Shown here piece by piece: positions 46,600-55,205 of a stretch of DNA of 58,845 bases. Position numbers and translations under genes: made by a program. Source of the DNA: Anaerolineales bacterium (lineage in GTDB: Bacteria > Chloroflexota > Anaerolineae > Anaerolineales > UBA4823); contig JBAQFX010000243.1 in NCBI GenBank assembly GCA_049287485.1, forward strand, positions 1-58,845, written 5' to 3'. The notes under the pieces were generated by a model. That model searched no databases. It had not been told where the DNA came from and was given only the letters and a program-made list of their open reading frames with translations. Every line of letters begins with the position of its first letter. Position 1 is the stretch's first letter.

Positions 46600-46995
46600 A
46601 TGGATAATCATGAAATTATTCGAAGATATTATGAAACTGCAAATGCTGGTAAATGGGATGCTTGGTGTGACCTTTTTACCGATGACATGGTGATGGATGA
46701 GCAATTAGCCGGGCACATCGTCGGCCTGGTTACCTTACGACCGATGATGGCGGGGATGGGTCAGGTTTATGCCAAGTTCCAAAATGTGCTCAAGGAGATG
46801 CTGGTCGAAAAGGATCAAGGTGCAGTCGTCTCACATATTTCCGCCCTGGCTGCCAAGTATCCCGATCAGCCGATTGAAGCGGAGGTGATGAATTACTTCC
46901 GCTTCCGGGATGGGAAGATTTCTTACATGCGTAATGTACATGACACAAAACCTTTTGAGCCATTCTTACGCCAAATTTCAGGGGGCAAATCATGA
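46600..46995 (+). CDS. NTF2-superfamily (SnoaL_2-like) protein
   Basis: IIRRYYETANAGKWDAWCDLFTDDMVMDEQ...YFRFRDGKISYMRNVHD. ATGA overlap with the GMC gene. Confidence 0.6.
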   Translation: MDNHEIIRRYYETANAGKWDAWCDLFTDDMVMDEQLAGHIVGLVTLRPMMAGMGQVYAKFQNVLKEMLVEKDQGAVVSHISALAAKYPDQPIEAEVMNYFRFRDGKISYMRNVHDTKPFEPFLRQISGGKS

Positions 46996-48527
46996 ATGAA
47001 TATGATTTTATTGTTGTTGGTGCTGGCTCTGCGGGATCTGCGATAGCCAATCGCCTCAGTGAACAGCCAGATTCGAAGGTTATTGTGCTAGAAGCAGGGG
47101 GAGCGGAGATTGGGACAAATGTAGAGAATCCCTCTGTCTGGTTTACTTTGTTAGGCTCACAGATTGATTGGGGCTATTCTACTGTACCCCAACCTGGCTT
47201 GAATAACCGCCAAATATATGAGCCACGCGGCAAAATCATAGGTGGCACCAGCCAATTATATCTAATGATGCATATTCGCGGACATCCTGAGGATTATAAC
47301 AACTGGGCTTACAACGGAAATGCCGGATGGTCTTATAAGGATGTTCTACCTTATTTTAAAAAATTGGAAGACCAAGAGGATAAAACCAGTGACCTGACAG
47401 GTGTAGGCGGTCCACTGCACCTGATCAACCCGAAAAACCATCAGCACCACCCATTAACTCCACTTTTTATTCAAGCTTGTCGCGAGCTGGGCTTTCCTGA
47501 TACAGAGGATTTTAATGGCCCTCAGATGGTAGGGGTTGGATGGCATCACGTTAATATAGGCGAGGATGGTAAAAGGAACAGTGATGCAGTAGCTTATTTA
47601 TTACCAGCTCTAAAACGATCTAATCTGACTTTATGTACCAACTCCCAAGCGACTCGTCTCCTCTTTCAGGGAACGCGTTGCATTGGTGTGGAGTACGTGC
47701 AAAATGGCGAGCTTAAAACTGTGCGTGCCTCACAAGAGGTCATTGTATGCTTAGGAGCCCTGGAATCGCCTCATCTGCTTTTAAATTCTGGCATTGGGAA
47801 AGCAAAACAGTTAAAGGAATTTGATAAGCCTATCGTGGTTGATCTGCCTGGTGTGGGAGAAAATTTCCATAATCATGTTTTGACTGGTGCAATTATGGAA
47901 ACCAAGGAACCTGTTGCACCAGGCCATTTAAATACTTCTGAAGCGGGTCTATTTTGTTTTTCAGAGCCTGGTCTTACCGTGCCAGATTTGCAATTTAACT
48001 TCGTTCATCTACCATTTGACGTTATTGTTGGTCAAAATAATCCCAATTCAGTTTCTTTAATACCCGGTCTACAGCGTCCGCTTTCACGGGGTTGGGTACG
48101 CCTTGGAAGCCGAGACCCCCTGGATAAACCCCTGATAAACCCCAATTATTTATCAGAAGAGGCCGATGTACAGCGGATGGTCCAGATGACCAAGATGAGC
48201 CGTGAAATATTTGGCACGAAATCATTTTCTAAAGCACTTTCAGGGCGTGAATTACTACCGGGGCCTGAGTATCAGACGGATAGAGATTTATTAAAATTCG
48301 TAAGGAACCGCTGTGATTCGTATCACCACCAAGTAGGATCTTGCAAGATGGGTAAAGATGCCATGGCTGTCGTGGATTCCCGATTAAAGGTTTACGGTGT
48401 TGAAGGATTGCGAGTGGCGGATGCCAGTATTATGCCCACCATAACCACTGGAAACATACATGCCCCAATTGTGATGATCGCCGAAAAAGCCAGTGACATG
48501 ATAAAGCAAGATCATGGTCTAGTCTAG
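46992..48527 (+). CDS. GMC-family FAD oxidoreductase (choline dehydrogenase-like)
   Basis: YDFIVVGAGSAGSAIANRLSE, GGTSQLYLMMHIRG, and C-terminal HQVGSCKMG...VDSRLKVYGVEGLRVADASIMP. Confidence 0.9.
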   Translation: MNEYDFIVVGAGSAGSAIANRLSEQPDSKVIVLEAGGAEIGTNVENPSVWFTLLGSQIDWGYSTVPQPGLNNRQIYEPRGKIIGGTSQLYLMMHIRGHPEDYNNWAYNGNAGWSYKDVLPYFKKLEDQEDKTSDLTGVGGPLHLINPKNHQHHPLTPLFIQACRELGFPDTEDFNGPQMVGVGWHHVNIGEDGKRNSDAVAYLLPALKRSNLTLCTNSQATRLLFQGTRCIGVEYVQNGELKTVRASQEVIVCLGALESPHLLLNSGIGKAKQLKEFDKPIVVDLPGVGENFHNHVLTGAIMETKEPVAPGHLNTSEAGLFCFSEPGLTVPDLQFNFVHLPFDVIVGQNNPNSVSLIPGLQRPLSRGWVRLGSRDPLDKPLINPNYLSEEADVQRMVQMTKMSREIFGTKSFSKALSGRELLPGPEYQTDRDLLKFVRNRCDSYHHQVGSCKMGKDAMAVVDSRLKVYGVEGLRVADASIMPTITTGNIHAPIVMIAEKASDMIKQDHGLV

Positions 48528-48573
48528 CTTGATAAGCTTATTCCTAAAAAATAACAACTACCAGGGCTAAAAA

Positions 48574-49161
48574 ATGAAATTGCAAGGGAAAAAGATCGGC
48601 ATATTAATAGAAGGGGATTATTACGAACCCGAAATTTGGTATTACCGTCACCGCTTCGCCGAAGAAGGTATGGATATCCACTTTTTAACCAGAATGTGGG
48701 GACAAACCTCAGAAGTGATAACAGCTGGTTTCAAAGGACATGAATACAAGGTTCCATTTGATGGTCATGTTGAGAGTTTTGAAGATATGGACGATGAAAC
48801 CCTCAGGAGTTTTTCTGCCATCATAGTCCCTTCTGGGATGGTATCTGATCGGCTGCGGTACACCGACGATGTAAATAAAATATCTCCAGCCACAGCTTTC
48901 ATTCGACGTGCTTTTAATGAAAAAAGTATTATCAAAGGGATCATATGTCATGGAATGTGGTTAGTTTCTGCTGTGCCTGGATTGGTTCGTGGCAGAAAGA
49001 TTGTAGTGCATAACAACCTGATTGGTGATGCCAGGAATATGGGCGCAATTTATACGGATCAAGATGTAGTAGTGGATGCTGATCTGGTAACGGGCAGGAC
49101 GGGGGGACACTGCCATCTTTTTGCCCGAAAGATTATCGATCTACTCTATGAAAAAGCTTAG
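48574..49161 (+). CDS. DJ-1/PfpI-family protein
   Basis: SAIIVPSGM...IKGIICHGMWLVSA shows the nucleophile elbow. Confidence 0.75.
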   Translation: MKLQGKKIGILIEGDYYEPEIWYYRHRFAEEGMDIHFLTRMWGQTSEVITAGFKGHEYKVPFDGHVESFEDMDDETLRSFSAIIVPSGMVSDRLRYTDDVNKISPATAFIRRAFNEKSIIKGIICHGMWLVSAVPGLVRGRKIVVHNNLIGDARNMGAIYTDQDVVVDADLVTGRTGGHCHLFARKIIDLLYEKA

Positions 49162-49191
49162 CTCGAATCGATCATTCAAAAGGATTTACAA

Positions 49192-49617
49192 ATGTTAATT
49201 TCTTCCCATGTTGCTCTTTCCTGTAAGGATCCATCGGCCAGTGAGAATTTTTATACCCGTTATTTTGGTTTTCAACGGGCGCGCGTAATCCCATTGGGTG
49301 ATGAAAAGATAATCTTTATTAAATCTGGTGATACCTACCTTGAACTGTTTCAGTCCAAAGGAGAATCACCTCTACCTCCATTCCAAAGTGATGGTCCTAC
49401 GTATCCAGGCCTTCGCCATATCGCCTTTCAGGTGGAGGATGTAGACAAAAAATTAGCTCAGATGGGTGGCGAGGCACACATCACACTTGGTCCGCTGGAT
49501 TTTGATGATTTTATTCCTGGATGGCGTTCCGTTTGGTTAACCGATCCAGACGGTAATATCGTCGAAATTTCGCAAGGTTACACTGATCAGGCAAATCCAC
49601 CCAAATTTACTGGCTAG
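49192..49617 (+). CDS. VOC-family (glyoxalase/bleomycin-resistance/dioxygenase) protein
   Basis: HVALSCKDPSASENFY...LRHIAFQVEDVD...WLTDPDGNIVEI. Confidence 0.8.
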   Translation: MLISSHVALSCKDPSASENFYTRYFGFQRARVIPLGDEKIIFIKSGDTYLELFQSKGESPLPPFQSDGPTYPGLRHIAFQVEDVDKKLAQMGGEAHITLGPLDFDDFIPGWRSVWLTDPDGNIVEISQGYTDQANPPKFTG

Positions 49618-49646
49618 CTTGGCGAAGGTTTTTCTTGCGATGATAT

Positions 49647-50333
49647 ATGAACGATAAAAAAGATAATCGATCAATGAATACTGATAAAAAATCGATCATC
49701 CTCAGCGGTGCGTCTGGCAATGAACGGATTACTGCTTTTAGTGATGGTGTTTTTGCCATAGCCATCACCCTTTTGGTTTTTAGGTTATCCGTTCCAGCTA
49801 CCCTGCCTGAAAATGGCTTATGGGATTATGTACCCAAGCTTCTTCCGCTAATAGCTAGTAATGTTCTAGGTTTTATTGTACTGGGAATTTATTGGGTTGG
49901 CCATCACAATATGTTTAAACATATCAAACGCCATGATCGGTCTTTAATGTGGTTGAATATCTTGTTCTTGATGTGCGTGGCTATGATGCCTTTCTTTGCT
50001 GGATTAATAAGTGAGCACGGAGAAGACACCATAGCGCTTGCGTTCTATGCCTTTTGGCTGATGCTAACCGGATTGGTGTTGGATTCCATCTGGTGGTACG
50101 CGTCAAAGGATCATCGTCTGGTTGATTCGAATATTGACCCGGACCTAATTCTTTTTGTCCATCGGAGAGTATTGACTGCACCATTACTTTATCTTATTTC
50201 GATAGGAGTTGTATTCATCAGCCACACTCTCACCTGGTTGATTTTTGTAACGGTCATCTTGATCTATATTTTACCCACTCCATTGGATCAAATACATCAT
50301 AAACAGTTGAACATTCAAGAAGATATCGATTGA
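49647..50333 (+). CDS. TMEM175/DUF1211-family membrane protein (putative K+ channel)
   Basis: Signature RITAFSDGVFAIAITLLV plus six hydrophobic helices. Confidence 0.8.
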   Translation: MNDKKDNRSMNTDKKSIILSGASGNERITAFSDGVFAIAITLLVFRLSVPATLPENGLWDYVPKLLPLIASNVLGFIVLGIYWVGHHNMFKHIKRHDRSLMWLNILFLMCVAMMPFFAGLISEHGEDTIALAFYAFWLMLTGLVLDSIWWYASKDHRLVDSNIDPDLILFVHRRVLTAPLLYLISIGVVFISHTLTWLIFVTVILIYILPTPLDQIHHKQLNIQEDID

Positions 50334-50373
50334 AGATAGTATCTTTTATTTCAGAGAGGATAGAGGTCTTAAT

Positions 50374-52248
50374 ATGAACAATTTCGATTTTCCCTTGTCA
50401 GACACTATTGCTGGACAAGTCAAACTGTTTGACCGTAAGACGGATACCTATACAATACAAACCAGTGCAGGTAAGGAATGCACCATCAAGCTCAAGAGTA
50501 ATACTTATGCTCAGCTTGTGCGTAATCTGGGAGAACCCTATCTTGATTCGACTGGATCGATGAGGGATATGCTGGTCCCTGGTCGATATCTCTTTACCTA
50601 TGGAACTTATTATCCGGATGGAAGTGATTTTAATTTTGAGGCTCAGTTTCTTCTTTTTGTTGGGAAAAAACCAGAAGAATATGTGTTTGAAAAACCAGAC
50701 TGGTGGATAAAGCAAATACGGAAATTAGGTGATTTTTATCTTAAAGCTCAATTCCCGGATGGCAATGTTGACTTTGATAATTACCGTACGACCATAACAT
50801 TGACCGGTGAAAAAGCCAGTGATAATTACCGCCAGGAAACAGATACTATTTCACGGTTGGTATATGGCTTTGCCACCGCCTATTTACTAACCGGTGATGA
50901 CCGCTATTTGGAAGGAGCTCAAAGAGGAACCGAATATTTGCGCAATCATATGCGTTTTTACGATACCGATGAGAATATCGTTTACTGGTATCACGGTATT
51001 GATGTAAAAGGACATCGTGAGACGAAAGTATTTGCCTCGGAATTTGGTGACGATTTTGATGCTATCCCGGCATACGAACAAATTTATGCTCTGGCCGGAC
51101 CAATTCAGACTTATCGTGTTACTGGCGATCCACTCATCCTACGCGATGCAGAATTGACCATTGATCTGTTCGACCGGTTCTACCTCGATCGTAACCGGGG
51201 AGGATATTTTTCACATCTTGATCCGATTACTCTGGACCCGCGGAGCGATTCTTTAGGAGCAAATAAAGCTAAGAAAAACTGGAATTCGGTCGGCGATCAT
51301 GCTCCAGCATATCTGATCAACCTATATCTGGCTACCGGGGAGGATCGCTATGCCAGGATGCTGGAATATACATTCGATACCATTGCCAAGTATTTTCCAA
51401 ATTATGAAGAATCTCCCTTTGTGCAGGAGAAGTTCTACGAGGATTGGTCGGCAGATCGGACTCACATGTGGCAGCAAAATCGTGGTGTCGTCGGACACAA
51501 TCTGAAAATTGCATGGAATTTAATGCGCATGAATAGCTTAAAAGAAAGGCCAGAATACGTAGCGTTAGCTCGTAAGATCGCTTCTGTTATGCCTTCAATT
51601 GGAGGAGATCGACAGCGCGGTGGTTGGTATGATGTTATGGAGAGAGAGTTGAAACCCGGTCAGGTATTGCATCGTTTTGCTTTTCACGACCGTAAAGCCT
51701 GGTGGCAGCAAGAGCAAGGGATTTTAGCTTTTCTTATTATGTACGGTGTGCTTAAAGAAGATGAGTATTTGCGAATAGCTCGTGAATCTTCGTCATTCTA
51801 TAATGCATTTTTCCTTGATCATGATGATGGAGCGGTCTACTTTAATGTATTGGCGACCGGTGTCCCTTATTTGATGGGGACAGAACGTTTTAAAGGAAGC
51901 CACTCAATGAGCGGTTACCATTCCTTTGAACTTGCTTATCTGGCTCAGACTTATACGAACTTGTTGATCACTAAACAGCCGTTAGACCTTTATTTTAAAC
52001 CGATACCAGGTGGGTTTAAACGAAATATTTTAAGAGTTCAACCAGACATTCTACCGGCAGGCAGTATTCGCATTGGTGAAGTTTGGATTAATGACGAACC
52101 TTATAAAAATTTTGATACCAATGCTTTGACGGTTAAATTACCAATGACGAAGGATCAAATCAGGGTGAAGGTGCGAGTTGAGCCTATTCAAACAGTAAAG
52201 TCCAGCGAAGCAAAATTGCCTTCTTATGCTGAAATTATTGAGCACTAG
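50374..52248 (+). CDS. AGE-superfamily (N-acylglucosamine 2-epimerase/cellobiose 2-epimerase-like, alpha/alpha-6 barrel) protein with N-terminal extension
   Basis: Repeating barrel-helix patterns: SRLVYGFATAYLLTGDDRYLEGA, AYEQIYALAG, GDHAPAYLINLY, GHNLKIAWNL, AWWQQEQGILAF, SGYHSFELAYL. Confidence 0.6.
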   Translation: MNNFDFPLSDTIAGQVKLFDRKTDTYTIQTSAGKECTIKLKSNTYAQLVRNLGEPYLDSTGSMRDMLVPGRYLFTYGTYYPDGSDFNFEAQFLLFVGKKPEEYVFEKPDWWIKQIRKLGDFYLKAQFPDGNVDFDNYRTTITLTGEKASDNYRQETDTISRLVYGFATAYLLTGDDRYLEGAQRGTEYLRNHMRFYDTDENIVYWYHGIDVKGHRETKVFASEFGDDFDAIPAYEQIYALAGPIQTYRVTGDPLILRDAELTIDLFDRFYLDRNRGGYFSHLDPITLDPRSDSLGANKAKKNWNSVGDHAPAYLINLYLATGEDRYARMLEYTFDTIAKYFPNYEESPFVQEKFYEDWSADRTHMWQQNRGVVGHNLKIAWNLMRMNSLKERPEYVALARKIASVMPSIGGDRQRGGWYDVMERELKPGQVLHRFAFHDRKAWWQQEQGILAFLIMYGVLKEDEYLRIARESSSFYNAFFLDHDDGAVYFNVLATGVPYLMGTERFKGSHSMSGYHSFELAYLAQTYTNLLITKQPLDLYFKPIPGGFKRNILRVQPDILPAGSIRIGEVWINDEPYKNFDTNALTVKLPMTKDQIRVKVRVEPIQTVKSSEAKLPSYAEIIEH

Positions 52249-52290
52249 ATTGCTGACTGTACAACTATCAGTGAGCTTGGTCTCAGAGGA

Positions 52291-52638
52291 GTGTTACAGG
52301 TGGATGTAAATGAATCGGTTGTCAAGGATGTAAATGTTGTGAAATTAGCTGGTGATCTGGATGGAAATACCGCACCTAATGTTCAGGCAGAAATAATGAA
52401 ACTGGCAATCCCTAACGTAAAGATGATTCTGGATATGACCGGAGTGTCTTTCATGTCCAGTGCAGGCTTACGCATGTTGTTAGTCATGTACCGGACGATC
52501 ATGAGTCAGAGCGGTAAGGTCATATTAGTCGGTTTGTCTGAAGACATCCGCGATACCATGTCCATGACTGGCTTTCTTGACTTTTTTACTTACCTTGAAA
52601 CCCTGGATGATGGGCTAAAGACTTTATCAATCTTATAG
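52291..52638 (+). CDS. STAS-domain anti-sigma-factor antagonist (SpoIIAA/RsbV-like)
   Basis: VVKLAGDLDGNTAP...LDMTGVSFMSSAGLRMLL carries the phosphorylatable Ser context. Start is a GTG at 52291, or an in-frame GTG at 52300. Confidence 0.8.
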   Translation: MLQVDVNESVVKDVNVVKLAGDLDGNTAPNVQAEIMKLAIPNVKMILDMTGVSFMSSAGLRMLLVMYRTIMSQSGKVILVGLSEDIRDTMSMTGFLDFFTYLETLDDGLKTLSIL

Positions 52639-52647
52639 GATAGATCC

Positions 52648-54759
52648 ATGGAACGTGTAGATGCATATCCAACCCATGAGTTTCAGGGATTCAAATTACG
52701 TCCTGGAAAACCATTCCCGTTCGGTGCCACGTTCGTTCCCGGAGGGGTTAATTTTTCAATCTATTCAAGCCATGCGACATCCTGTTCGCTGGTCCTTTTT
52801 AATAGAGGTGATTTGCAACCTAAGGCTGAGATTCCTTTTCCAAATGAATTTCGCATCGGTGATGTGTTTGCGATGATTGTTTTTGGTCTGGATTATGAAA
52901 ACATAGAATACGGCTACCGCATGGATGGCCCTTTTGATCCACCACAAGGTCATCGTTTTGACTTCTCCAAAATACTCATGGATCCATATGCGAAAGCCAT
53001 TAGCGGTCGCGCTGTGTGGGGCAGTAAACCCAATTGGAGTAATATTTATCCCCATCGATCCATGTTAGTCTTCGATGACTTTGATTGGGGTAGTGATCGA
53101 CCCCTGGAAATTCCAATGGAGGACCTGGTAGTTTACGAGATGCATGTAAGGAGTTTCACCCGCCACCCATCATCTGGGGTTAAGTTTCCAGGTACATTTG
53201 CTGGAATCCGGCAAAAGATACCATATCTAAAGGATCTTGGGGTGAATTGCATCGAGTTAATGCCAATCTATGAATTTGATGAATTCGAAAATAGTCGCCT
53301 ATCCCCCGAAACGGGTGAAACCCTGATGAATTATTGGGGATATAGCACCATAGGTTTTTTTGCACCAAAATCCGGACTGGCCGCAACTGGAAAACTTAGT
53401 ATGCAAGTGGATGAATTTAAAGCCTTGATAAAAGAACTGCACCGGAATGGGATTGAGATCTTATTGGATGTTGTATTTAACCATACGGCTGAAGGTAATG
53501 AGAATGGACCATATATATCATTTAAAGGCATCGATAACAAAACGTATTACATGTTAACACCTGAAGGTTATTATTTTAATTTCAGTGGAACTGGAAACAC
53601 ACTCAATTGTAATAATCCAGTTGTAAGAAATATTGTTTTGGATTGTCTGCGTTATTGGGCCTCGGAATATCACATCGATGGTTTTCGTTTTGATCTTGCT
53701 TCTATACTGGGTAGAGATTCATCAGGAAGCCCCCTCTCGAATCCTCCACTACTTGAATCACTTGCCTATGACCCAATCTTAGCAAAATGCAAGCTCATTG
53801 CTGAAGCTTGGGACGCTGGCGGTTTATATCAAGTGGGCTCATTTCCTGCCTATGGTCGATGGGCTGAGTGGAATGGAAAATTTCGCGATGGGTTACGTAA
53901 GTTTTTAAAAGGAGAACCTGGCATGGTAAGTGATATCGCACAACGTCTGCAAGGTTCTCCAGATTTATATGCAAGCCGTGGACCGACCGCCTCAATCAAT
54001 TTTATTACCTGTCACGATGGTTTTACCCTGTATGACCTGGTTTCTTATAATGACAAGCATAATGAGGCGAATGGAGAAGGTAACCAAGATGGTGCTAATG
54101 ACAACAACTCCTGGAATTGTGGTTGGGAAGGCTCAACGGATGACCTAAATATCAACGCATTACGCTCGCGTCAGATGAAAAATGCAGCCGCCATGTTGCT
54201 AGTTAGTCAGGGTGTACCGATGATACTCATGGGAGATGAGATTGCCCGAACACAAAATGGGAATAACAATACCTATTGCCAGGACAATGATTTAAATTGG
54301 CTGGATTGGAACTTGTTGAACTCACAGAGTGAACTGTTCCGCTTCTTTAAGTATTGCATTAATTTCAGGTTGGCTCACCCTGTTTTTCGCAATCGGTGGC
54401 ATTTGAGCAATCAAGATCGAATGGGCTGCGGTTATCCAGATATATCTTGGCATGGTACCCAGGCATGGGAACCTGATTGGTCGAGTGAAAGCCATGTTCT
54501 GGCATTCATGCTTAGTGGTAAACATGCCCGTGGTGGAATGATAAAAGACAATGATATTTATGTGGCGATGAATATGCATTGGGACAGCCATTGGTTCGAA
54601 TTACCGAGGTTACCTGACGGTGAAAGCTGGCATGTATTCGCTAATACTGGGGTTTCTTTTCCTGAAGATATATGGGAGATTGGTCATGAACCTGTACTAG
54701 AAAATCAGAGAGGTATTTTACTAGGAGAGCGGTCAGTGGTTATCCTGGTGAGTAAGTAA
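52648..54759 (+). CDS. glgX: Glycogen debranching enzyme GlgX (isoamylase-type GH13)
   Basis: GH13 regions DVVFNHTAEG, GFRFDLASILG, IAEAWDAGG and FITCHDGFTLYD. N-terminal CBM48-like GVNFSIYS. Confidence 0.95.
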   Translation: MERVDAYPTHEFQGFKLRPGKPFPFGATFVPGGVNFSIYSSHATSCSLVLFNRGDLQPKAEIPFPNEFRIGDVFAMIVFGLDYENIEYGYRMDGPFDPPQGHRFDFSKILMDPYAKAISGRAVWGSKPNWSNIYPHRSMLVFDDFDWGSDRPLEIPMEDLVVYEMHVRSFTRHPSSGVKFPGTFAGIRQKIPYLKDLGVNCIELMPIYEFDEFENSRLSPETGETLMNYWGYSTIGFFAPKSGLAATGKLSMQVDEFKALIKELHRNGIEILLDVVFNHTAEGNENGPYISFKGIDNKTYYMLTPEGYYFNFSGTGNTLNCNNPVVRNIVLDCLRYWASEYHIDGFRFDLASILGRDSSGSPLSNPPLLESLAYDPILAKCKLIAEAWDAGGLYQVGSFPAYGRWAEWNGKFRDGLRKFLKGEPGMVSDIAQRLQGSPDLYASRGPTASINFITCHDGFTLYDLVSYNDKHNEANGEGNQDGANDNNSWNCGWEGSTDDLNINALRSRQMKNAAAMLLVSQGVPMILMGDEIARTQNGNNNTYCQDNDLNWLDWNLLNSQSELFRFFKYCINFRLAHPVFRNRWHLSNQDRMGCGYPDISWHGTQAWEPDWSSESHVLAFMLSGKHARGGMIKDNDIYVAMNMHWDSHWFELPRLPDGESWHVFANTGVSFPEDIWEIGHEPVLENQRGILLGERSVVILVSK

Positions 54760-54803
54760 TCTAAATCAATTTATCGACGATCATGGTGACGAAAGGGAAA
54801 AAA

Positions 54804-55130
54804 ATGGCGTTCAATGTAACAACTAAAATGTCAAAGAATGGAACGGCAGAGATTACGTTAATTGGAGAACTTGATGCCAGCGTAGCGAATGAGTTCAAAA
54901 TGGCTGTTGAGAAAGCTGCGACCGAGAAGGTCAAGAGATTGGTTTTGAACATGAGGGAGCTTGAATTTATGTCCAGTGCGGGATTACGAGTATTGGTCTT
55001 TGCCAAACAAAAAATGGGAACCGATGTCGATATTTATATCATCGCGGCGCAGGATGCCGTTCGCGATACCATAGAGATGACCGGTTTCCAACAGAGTGTC
55101 ATTATGCAGGATGAATATCGTGCGCTTTGA
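54804..55130 (+). CDS. STAS-domain anti-sigma-factor antagonist (second copy)
   Basis: ITLIGELDASVANEF...LNMRELEFMSSAGLRVLV. ATG at 54804 after GAAAGGGAAAAAA (track start 54783). Confidence 0.8.
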   Translation: MAFNVTTKMSKNGTAEITLIGELDASVANEFKMAVEKAATEKVKRLVLNMRELEFMSSAGLRVLVFAKQKMGTDVDIYIIAAQDAVRDTIEMTGFQQSVIMQDEYRAL

Positions 55131-55205
55131 TCCTTCTCTGGTTGTAACTGGAGATAACAATTTTTCGGGTTTGCTGTGTTTGGCGGAAAGGGGGGTGGAG
55201 GATTA

